Of a stretch of DNA of 64,000 bases, positions 54,352-64,000 are shown one piece after another. The DNA comes from Trichinella spiralis (taxonomy: Eukaryota), in assembly GCF_000181795.1 (NCBI RefSeq), contig NW_003526941.1, forward strand, positions 8,424,495 through 8,488,494, given 5' to 3'. The notes below the pieces were generated by a model. That model saw nothing but the letters and a program-made list of their open reading frames with translations, was not told the DNA's origin and did no database searches. The first letter of the stretch is position 1. The number at the start of each line of letters is the position of its first letter. Position numbers and translations under genes: made by a program.

Positions 54352-56692
54352 ATGGCAACAAATAAAAAGTGGAAAAGGTACCCACACTTACCTGGAAGGT
54401 ATTGTTGGGCTTGTCAAATTTTATAATATTTCTGTTTGTAATTTTCGAGAGAATTTGTGTGATAATTTTATTTTTTTTTCATGTGCAAATGTTATTCTCT
54501 TATTTAAAACTTTCTCCCTTTCTCTCTGTTTAAATTTGAATTAATTTTCAGATTATGCTTGTTTTCATATTTTAATTTTAGCATACAACCTGCTGAGCAA
54601 CGTGATGCATTGTGTGATGGAACTTCACTTAAATACCCCCCATGTCAGTGAGTGTAATTTCATAACTGATAATAGATTATTTTTGCTTATTGCAAGTAAT
54701 GAATAGTTCAGTGCATTTGAATTGTTTATTTATGGCTGTCTGAACGTTCTATATTGTTGTATTGTTTATTCAATTGAATAGATCAAGCCCATCAACGCAT
54801 ACACAAGATAGCACATCAACAAAGCAATTGAAATTTGACCAATTCGATGCCAGGTAAATTGTCTGCTTCTGTTTGTTGCAGGTGGTTTTTTTTCTTTAAT
54901 TTTTTGAAACTCATCTTTTATTAAGCGTATCCGATGCTTGGTCAGTGGATGACTTGCGCATCAATTCTGAAGTTGCTCAAAGTTCTGCTCGTTCGGTTCT
55001 CGATCACCACAAGGCTACGACACAAACTGTGCACTTCATCGGACCACCTTTGAATAGCTATTTGAACAGGGTTCGGGCGTTGCAACGATTAGCTACTCAA
55101 AAAGGTGAAAAATATGCTTACTTTGACGACAGTCAATTTCACAGTTAATTTTCATTTTTTCAGGTGAAGTTTTTTCCGAGAACTCCTCTTGCCAACCAAT
55201 TTATCCTTGTCTTCCTGGCTTTGAAACGGATGCTTTGAACAGGAAAAGAAATCAAACACCCCATGATTCTTCCGAAACTGACCATCGAGTCAGGCGTATT
55301 CTAAATCTGATCGACCGAGACCAGTTTAGTGAGCGTAAATAAGCTTTCTAATTTAATTTAATTTCTATTACCCAGTTTTATATGATGTAGTAATTAATAA
55401 TGATTGTTTTCTCTATTGTTTGCATTGAATTTCAGTTGACCGTGAAGAATTGCAGAGAGAATGCTGGACAGGTATTCCAGCTAAGCTCAGACCTCGTGTT
55501 TGGCGTCTTCTATCAGTAATATGCTATGTTTTCTTTTCTTCTTTTAATATTTTCAAGAATATGCAGATGTTTACTTTTTTGTTTTCAGGGTTATGCACCG
55601 TTTAATAAAAGCCGTGTTGATCAAGTTTTGAAACAGAAACGTGACGAATATTTCAATCTCGTTGAACAATACTTCCACACGCGTTTTGATGAATCTCATC
55701 AAGATACATTTAGACAAGTATTTTGTTTTGATTGTAGTTAGGGAGGAAAAATAGGAAAATTTTAGATTCACATTGACATTCCTCGAATGTGCCCTTTAAT
55801 TCCTTTATTTCAACAGAAAATTGTTCAAGAGGTAAAAGATTCACTTTTATTAATTTTTTTTGATTACAGTTATATTTTGCCACCAGATGTTTGAACGTAT
55901 TTTGTACATTTGGGCTTATCGTCATCAAGGAAGTGGCTATGTACAAGGAATGAACGATCTTGTGACACCATTTTTCATTGTTTTTTTATCCGAATGGATA
56001 TCACCAGATTCGGCGATGGACAGCTTTGAATTAACTTCATTGGAACGTGAAAAATTGAACGCAATTGAAGCCGACAGCTATTGGTGCATAACTGCACTTC
56101 TGAGAACTATTCAAACCAACTACACATCACCGCAGTCAGGAATTCACGAAAAAATTGATGCACTGAAAGCACTGATGAAAAAAATGAACAGTATTATGAA
56201 TATTATAATTTTTGCTTGTTTTGTTTGAATTTAATAATAAGATTTCAACAACTGTCGTTTCAATGGTTGTTTGTTTTTAGGTGAGCTGGATCAACATTTG
56301 CAGAAGCATCAGGTGGAATATTTCCAATTTGCCTTCCGTTGGATGAATAATTTGTTGATGAGAGAAATTCCTCTGTCTGCTACTATACGACTTTGGGATA
56401 CGTATTTGGTGAGATAATTTTCAACTGTTGACAACTGCTAAATAAAATATTGTTAATATTTTTCTAGTGTGTGACCAATGGTTTTGCCAATTTTCACTTG
56501 TACGTCTGTGCGGCATTTTTACGCTATTGGTCCAAAGAGATTCAGAAGCAGCCTGATTTTCAAAGTATATTATTATTTTTGCAAAATTTGCCTACACAAC
56601 AGTGGGATGATGACAAGATCAAGGTGTTGACTGCCGATGCGTACAGTTTGATGGAAATGTTTTCTGGCGCAAAGCGACATTTGACTAATTAA
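54352..56692 (+). CDS. TBC1D22: TBC1 domain family member 22 (Rab-GAP), multi-exon
   Basis: KWKRYPHLPGSIQ, SDAW, CWTGIPAKLRPRVWRLLSGY, RQIHIDIPRM, SGYVQGMNDLVTPF, EADSYWC, QFAFRWMNNLLMRE, RLWDTYL, FLQNLPT. Confidence 0.95.
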
Positions 56693-56803
56693 TTCAAATT
56701 CATTGGACAACCGTAGCATGGCACAGTTGATCTGAGCGAAGGGAATTCAAAAATTGGATGAGGTTGTTATTAGTCTTACTGTACATTTTTGTATTCGGTT
56801 TAT

Positions 56804-57337
56804 TTAAAGTAAGATTCGCTTGGCAGACGCTCGTTTGAAAGCAACGATAGAAATTGTTGAATCCGAAAAAATTGCCTTATTGTTTATCGTTTTTTTATAG
56901 TGTTTGAAATAATAAAAGCTAATAAATACTTTTTGATCAATTTCATTGATTTCTTTACTGATTTCAACTTGGGGAAATGTAAATTCAGTTGATGAATTTT
57001 GTTTTTGAAAATCAATTGCATAAAGCTTTTTCAATCGAAGATACAATTTCATTGTTATGCAAATCAATTGTAAACGAAAGGAAATATTGTTCACTTTATT
57101 CATTGCATCAATTTGAATGGCAATTCTTTCACTATTGAACAAGCCTTGTTCTCTTACGTCTACAAGTTTGAAAAAAAAATTTGCCATTCACAAAAGCTAG
57201 TTTCTCTTTTGTTTATTTGTTTACAACTTTGAATTGCAAACAAGCAATTCGCTTTGCCATTTAGTAACAATCGTTTAAACGCGTGAAACGTGCAAAATTT
57301 AAATAAATAAATTTCACATCTTTTCAGCAAGTTCATA
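56804..57337 (-). CDS. Possible small unknown multi-exon gene
   Basis: Open frames with plausible GT/AG boundaries (DVREQGLFNSERIAIQIDAMNK; LYAIDFQKQ...EIDQK; AIFSDSTISIVAFKRASAKRILL*). No recognisable family. Confidence 0.25.
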
Positions 57338-57744
57338 TTATACTGTTCTGATTGAATAACTGATGAAAATTTCAAGAAAACATTTACACTTTGTAATAGA
57401 TTTCAGTAATGTGATATTCAAGTTGAAATTCAGACAAAGTATTTTTTAATTCAATAATTAAATACAAAATCAAAAAATAATAATCAGCTTAATGTAAATT
57501 CAACATGAAATGAATTATTTTTCATTGAAATATTTCCATATTAATTGTATAAAAAAAGTTCTGTGTAAAACGCAAAAAAATTTACAAAATGCGGTATGAT
57601 GCATAACACATATATAATACAAATATTTAAAATTGTAATAAATTTTTTATTAAACTATTCAAAAATTGTTTTTCCAAGCATAATTCAATGCAGTTCGAAA
57701 ATGAATGTCTATTTTAAAAAATTTTAGCACAGTTGAAAAACGAT

Positions 57745-57816
57745 TAGCAGAGCGTGGTTTCGATCCACGGACCTCTGGGTTATGGGCCCAGCACGCTTCC
57801 TCTGCGCCACTCTGCT
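57745..57816 (-). tRNA. tRNA-iMet: Initiator tRNA-Met (CAT)
   Basis: AGCAGAGTGGCGCAGAGGAAGCGTGCTGGGCCCATAACCCAGAGGTCCGTGGATCGAAACCACGCTCTGCTA. Shows A1-U72, a GGG/CCC anticodon stem and the GATCGAAA T-loop of eukaryotic initiator tRNA. Confidence 0.98.
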
Positions 57817-59163
57817 GTTGTATTACTATGCAACAAAATTGTTTATAAACTAATAATACTCATATCATATTTAGCATCTAATCTTTTAATATTTTATATT
57901 TTTGTTCAATTAAATGATGTGAAATGATAAGTTTAATAATTTTATTGCACAAATTTAAAAAAAAGACTGAAAATTCTGCTGTGATCACAAATTAGCTTAT
58001 TTTTAACGATGGATAGTAAAAATTGAAAATTAGAAAATAGAAATTATTTTCTCAGTTGGAAAATAGAAATCAAATGTCGAAGAAGCGGGATTGTCAGTTT
58101 GCGATAAAATGTTGCAAAAGCGAAAATGTTGAGAGACATGCAAATTTTTGAAAATTTATTGAACTTCGATGAGTTATAATTTAATTTCTCCATTTCCATA
58201 GCAGACTTGTTCTTCAAAAATTGTCTACGCTTAAAATTATTAATATTTTGAATTAAAATGTGATCACTTGATGATCGAGTGTAAATTTTAATTATTTTTC
58301 AATTGAGAAACAATTGATCAGTGAAAATTCGTTTTATTGCACTATAATGAATGTGGACTGTCGCTGGTTGATAGATGTTTCTTATTTGCATAGAAATTTG
58401 TTATCGCAATTATTACGCATTATTACTGCTCGCAACACATCTCCAGCACGCAGAACGGTTCGTTCACGCATGTCGTTCAGCAGCAATGCAGGCACTGCTT
58501 TGCTATCTGTTCAAGCATCTACTACTCATCAGTTAAAATGTGATAATTGACAGGTAATTAATTTCTTGTTTTTCTTTTGATTTTCACCGTAAATTATATT
58601 TATGTAATTACTTATTCCGATTCACATCGATTATCATTTATGCTCACACTTATTTATAAACATAAAAAGACAAACTTCTTTCATCTGAAAGTAATTAACT
58701 GTATATTTTTTAAATTTATATATATTTTTTTTCTGATTATCCAAAATACCTTTACTTGTCAAATGGAAATAATTTGCATGAATTTTGAAATGAATTTTTT
58801 TTTAATTTGATTTAATTGTGTCAAAGGTGAAATTTTATCGTATTCATCTTTTCATTGGATGAAAACGAAAACTTTTCAGTCGGACAATTTCGGCGAAAAA
58901 ACTTTTTTTCGCCAAATTTCAATTTCAACCGAGCACTGCGCGGAGCGTAGATGTATGCAAAAATTTCTTTTGTTCGAAATGACAAAATCGACAATCTGAT
59001 TGGTCAATTTTATTCCGACCAATCGCAGAACAGTGGACAAAAATTATACTTGAGATGAACCAGAATTTTCTTTTCTCTCTTTTGATTATCTGTTTATTGA
59101 TTTTCGCAACATTCAATATTTGAAAATAATAATATTATTGAACATTTGAAATTTGTCAATCAT

Positions 59164-59507
59164 TTAAAAATATGGTCGCATATATCCGGGATATCTTGCT
59201 ATGGGTCTGATGACCTCGTATCGACCATATCTTCCGTATCTTCCTTGCGGATAGAATGGTCTAGGTGGAGGCATCCGTGGAGGAAGCGGTGGTGGATATC
59301 TGTGGTAAAATTGACGTTTATGTCGAATTTCTCTTTCTTCTTCTGAAACATCAGCAAAAAATAATTTTAATAATCGTAAAATTGTTTTCAAATAAAAATA
59401 AAATAACTTTTCACTTTATTAGTACCTTGTTTGTCAGAAACGGCATTCACACTCCAAATCGTCACCGCAACGCACAAAAGCAAACATAAAAGTTTTACAA
59501 CGTTCAT
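59164..59507 (-). CDS. Prepropeptide with Pro/Arg/Tyr-rich mature peptide, 2 exons
   Basis: MNVVKLLCLLLCVAVTIWSVNAVSDKQ|EEEREIRHKR-QFYHRYPPPLPPRMPPPRPFYPQGRYGRYGRYEVIRPIARYPGYMRPYF*. Phase-1 intron 59425-59343. Confidence 0.8.
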
Positions 59508-59529
59508 CTCTCTCTCTCTCTCTCTCTCT
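59507..59529. repeat. (CT/AG)n microsatellite abutting the start codon of the Pro/Arg peptide gene
   Basis: tctctctctctctctctctctct. Confidence 0.85.
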
Positions 59530-60432
59530 GTTTGTTTTTTTTTCTCCGAGAAAAAATTCCGTCGCTTTGAAGAGATTCGGTTATTCAATTTCTCGTTGTA
59601 TATAAATGCAAATTTTTTTTCAGTGCGTGGCCGTTGATAAATGACCCTGTCTTCTAGGATAAAACGACCGATGAATTTCTTTCGTTTTTTTTTCTCTTCT
59701 TGATTCGCTCCAATGCAAATCTATGCCTTCAACGATTGATTAATAAATAAATCAATTATATTGACCTTGGAATAAATTTGGAAAAAAAATATCAAAAATT
59801 AATTTTTTTACCACGACAGTAAAAAAAATCTTGCCTTCAGCGGTGATGAAATTGATTCGGGGTCTTTTCACTTGCACAGCATTGATAATTTTATATAAAA
59901 TTCTCGTATTTATTTGAACATTCGAATTCAAACTTTCCACAACAGGGTGCAGCTCTTAAGATGAAAAATTTTTCTTCATTTCACAACTGGAAACTGGAAA
60001 TTTTGAAATCATTTTCTTCTTGTAATTTCACACCCAAATGTACAAACTACCCGTTTCCTTTGACAAAATATTGACCTTATCTCGGCAATATTGAGTTGTA
60101 TGCATTATGCAGAAAACTGGAATTTATCAAAGGTTTAATAAAATGGTGGTGATCAAAAAAAATTAAAATTTAACTTAAACTACCCACTGCTGTCATTTAT
60201 TAATTTAATTTATAAACTAAAATTTTAATAACACTGTTTTTTTTTGTTGTTGATTTGTTTTCATTTTCATTCTGCGAATGTTGATGCAAGAATTATTTTT
60301 ATTGAAAATCAAGATCCAACAGTAGCCTGTTTTGAACTGCCCGAAGGTGTGAACTTGAAAATAATTGATTTTTTTAATTTTATTTTTCACGCGACGTGTA
60401 AACAGCTCATTTATGATTTGTCTGCTTAGTGT

Positions 60433-60458
60433 CGTTGTTGTTGTTGTTGTTGTTGTTG
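60433..60458. repeat. (GTT)n microsatellite
   Basis: cgttgttgttgttgttgttgttgttg. Confidence 0.85.
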
Positions 60459-60940
60459 CTAATTTTCACACCGTCGATGAAAATGAACCTGATTGATATT
60501 CCACCAATTATGCAGTTGATATAATTTTATAATAATTTAAACAAATTAAAGTAACCAAAAATTTTGAATGAAAGTGAGAAAATTTTCAAATATTCTTTTC
60601 AAAAATTAAAGACATTCCCAATTGCCATTTTTCCATTTCCACTGTACCAGAATTGCAATTTTGAAATACGTGTGAAAGTGTGACGATGGGCAATTTGAAA
60701 ATATCCAAAGGCATAAAAAGCATTTTTCTCGTTCCTATGTGGAACAAATGTCTACTTCTGTATGCATGTGTTTGAACTTGTGTAATTTTTTTTCTTTTTT
60801 GGTTCTTCAACGCCACGCCACTCAAATTTCAAATTTCCCTTTGGCACATTTTGTAGAATGTTTGCCAGTCGTTGATTATTTGCAACTGTTGTCGTGAAGG
60901 CCGACTGACAACCTTTATAATTGTCCTTTTAATAAACAAT

Positions 60941-61582
60941 ATGATTTTGTATTTTGTGCTATTTTGCATTGCACAATATTTGCATACCAATTCCGCAATT
61001 CCACTCGGTATGTTTATTGTGTTTTTTGTGGACTTGCATTTGTTAATTTAAAGTATTTCAAAATCAAAAGAAAAAATTTTAATGAAAAAAATGAACTTTT
61101 ACCATTTGAAATATTATCATACATATGCAATTAATCGGTAGATATTAATGCAAAATTTCTATCAGTTCAACGGCTTTAATAACACGAACCATTGTTTGTA
61201 ATATAATTTCAACTGAATTTTTCATTTTAACATTATTGCCATCAATGCAACCTTTTGCATTTTGCTTTCCTACATACTGCGCGTTGAGTTCAAAATTGAT
61301 TTTTTTCAAAATCGATTCATTATACCTTTAGAAGATAACACTGTTGCATATTTAATAAATGAACATAAAGTGGAAAAGCGTCAACTGCTACGTGGTTTGG
61401 AGCGTGAAATACTGCGGGATGATCGACTAATGGATCGAATGATAAATCAAGAATTTCGAGACGAAAGAATAATGAACAACCAGCTGCGTCGTGATGAGCG
61501 ACTTATGATGAGAGACAATATGATACCTTTTGGTGGTGGATTATACAATGATCCATTTATTCAACCTTACGGTGGTTTTTAG
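60941..61582 (+). CDS. Prepropeptide with tandem RD(D/E)R(L/I)M repeats and Gly/Tyr/Pro tail, 2 exons
   Basis: MILYFVLFCIAQYLHTNSAIPL|EDNTVAYLINEHKVEKR-QLLRGLEREILRDDRLMDRMINQEFRDERIMNNQLRRDERLMMRDNMIPFGGGLYNDPFIQPYGGF*. Phase-1 intron 61008-61331. Confidence 0.75.
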
Positions 61583-62968
61583 TATCAATCACTATCTGCA
61601 TTCAAGTGAACTATCTTCAACAATATGTAATTAAATTAACCTTTAACCTTGAATAATCAGCGAATACTTTTAAAGTTTAAATTAAAAATCAGCATTGCAT
61701 TATGCTATTCTTAAGATATAATTTCAAAGTTAACAATTCCAAAGATGTTAATTTTGAATAAATTAAATTAAAAATAATCAATAATCTATTAAATTAAACG
61801 TACCTACTTATCAAATGCATTTGCAAACGACTGTATAAATGAAGTACATGAATACAGACGGTGTTATTGATACAATTATGATTCCAGCTGTTCTATGTTT
61901 CAAGTAATGTTGCTGAAATAAAGATTTAATACGGTATGCATGACTGGCTTTGTTGAAATGAAACTGTTATTTTTCAATAATATTTCATCTAATGCTTATT
62001 TAAATATCAATTAGCATCCAATGTTTTCAGAACAAAGCGTTGTGATTGCAGACGGTTTTTGATGTTCTTCCACATTGTGTTGTAGATTTTTTCATAAATA
62101 GGAAAGGAACTGTTCGTTGTTGAACATTTTAATACTACTTTTGAATATTTTACTTTTCAAAATAATGTACCACTTGTTTCATATTATTTGGTTGAAATAG
62201 TTGCTACGCCTATTATTTTTACTTCAATTTATGCAGTTTTCAAATAAATAATATCTTCTGTTTTCATAATAATGTGAACGTTACGTCAAGTTCAAGCTGT
62301 CACACAGTTTCTGTCTCACGTAAATCACATGTTTTAATTGAAATCAACAGTAGTGGTTAATTGTCCATGACCTAATATTTGAAATGCAAATTTTTTCAAT
62401 GAAACACAATGGCCATTTTACGGTATAAAGGATTGATTTTCAGGTATCTTTCATAGATTTTCTTTTTACTTTTTGTTAAGATTTTTTTTGTTTTACAAAA
62501 TATTTCCTTCAGAAAATTAATGCTCATACATAACTTGATGTATGTTCATTTCAGTTATGAATATCTTTCACTTTCGATTTAGTAAAAAACATACACTATC
62601 AAAATGCATGGATGTTCATTCTCGCACAAAGTGCGCATGCAGACATGTCAATAAATAAGAATTTTCATTTTTTTGCAATGAATAAGGTGCAAATGAAATG
62701 TGAATTGTATACACTGGCGCCACGCATGCATTGTATTTGACCTGCTTTGCATTGCTTGTTCTGACCTTCAAAATTTTCCCATTCTTTTCCCTCATAGATT
62801 CTCGTCAACTCAAGGCAAAGCATATAATATAAATTTTACTATTTTAAAGCTGAATTCACAGAGCCACTTTCAGTTGAAAAATTCCAAATGATAGTCGAAA
62901 CGAGCACAAAATTCTGAGTGTAAAGTTAACACAGTGATAACGTTGTACATGAGAATGAAAACAAATAA

Positions 62969-64000
62969 CTATGCCCCGTAATCTTTCGCGATCATTCTTG
63001 AAACAATACTGTCATCAATGGAACTGAAGTTCAATTCTGGTTCTTTTAAATGATAAACCTATAATCGAAAATAAATTGACAGTTTTTAATATCTAATTGA
63101 TAAGTTTAAGATTTTTCTTCACTTTTTTACCTCTTTTATTTTAGATACGTTAGTTACATTTTTCAGTTCTTTCAGTGGTACACTTTTTCCCTTTATCACT
63201 TTAAGCAATTTGGTCAAACAGTCGCCGCTCGAGTCGCCTACCAGAGCCGCAATAATGTCCGTAGTGTTTTCGCTGATTCCGAACGTTAGCAAAGAGTCGC
63301 TGATCTAAAAATAAATTATTTTTCAATTTAAACACTAAATTTCTGCTCAATATAATATTCTTATTAATTTTTTTAAAAGTAATAACTAACTGAAACGTGC
63401 AAAAAGCAAAATGTGCTAGCTGTTATTTCAATGAAATTAGAATTCGTTTGTTATTTAAGAGTGTATTTTTTCGCAGTGATTGATTTCTAAGCTAAAACGT
63501 TCCTCAGAGGGTCTTCAATAAAGTTGGATTAAATCGTTTGTAATACTTCAGTTACTTGTGATGTTGGTCTGAATTAAATTTCGAAGTAAATCGATTTATT
63601 CAAAGATTTCCCTAGAGAGTCAAAAATAGAGTGGTGGATTTTTCAAATAACCATGACTGACATTCTAATTTATAATGAGCAGCAGCAGCACCAAGTCAGT
63701 GGTTCACTCATTAAATAACTTCTCAAGTGCGCGCTATTATAAATACAAAATAAGACTAGAATGCAAAAATCAATTTCTACCCTGACAGTTGCTTTCTGAA
63801 CATTTTACAACAGGCCTCATTTTACATTTTAACAAATGTTAACTTTAATGTCAGTTACTGACAAACGCGTACGTAGTATTGAAAATTGTATGCTCGCGAT
63901 GCAAGTGAAAAACATCTCTTACAGATGTAGTAGGAGAAAGGGAATATATCAGTTCTGTGTGCACGTTTTTTGTGATCATCTTTTCATGTTTGCTTGCGTG
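62969..64000 (-). CDS. TPRKB: KEOPS complex subunit CGI-121/TPRKB, last three exons (5' end outside window)
   Basis: KMITKNVHTELIYSLSPTTS|ISDSLLTFGISENTTDIIAALV...IKGKSVPLKEL...KIKE|VYHL...IDDSIVSRMIAKDYGA*. Not in the ORF track. Confidence 0.88.

Noticed and set aside
58392..58552. GC-richer patch with open frames, sharing the 15-mer attacgcattattac with ~41391-41405 (reverse)
   Set aside because: No coherent gene model. The short AT-rich match is plausibly chance.
63480..63730. Possible intronic snoRNA in the TPRKB intron
   Set aside because: Only a weak hairpin and an isolated CTGA. No convincing C/D or H/ACA box pair on the host strand.

Overview
AT-rich, gene-dense eukaryotic DNA with many short (about 50-100 nt) spliceosomal introns. 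Gene content and style suggest a clade I nematode such as Trichinella; this is inference, not verified. Recognisable conserved genes: ABAT, FOXRED1, lysyl-tRNA synthetase (separate cytosolic and mitochondrial first exons), a CCDC77-like coiled-coil gene, tailless/TLX (NR2E1), NDUFA5, gankyrin/PSMD10, NPRL2, PIGF, RPL13, BBS7, IMP4, a divergent CDC23, TBC1D22, TPRKB/CGI-121 (partial) and an initiator tRNA-Met. Between them lie lineage-specific secreted-protein genes: two chitin-binding-like genes, a cystatin-like gene, a double-WAP gene and four small two-exon prepropeptide genes. There is also an intronless divergent ionotropic-receptor-like gene. The two strongest leads are (1) a minor-spliceosome (U12-type) AT-AC intron in BBS7 that restores a gap-free conserved C-terminus, and (2) the four signal-peptide/phase-1-intron peptide genes, with Pro/Arg-, Arg/Tyr-, aromatic- or repeat-rich mature regions. 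Parts of the first 2.8 kb are probable assembly artefacts: an error-rich copy of about 37.9-38.7 kb and an overlap across a gap. All exon models were read by eye, and homology calls rest on remembered family motifs rather than database searches.
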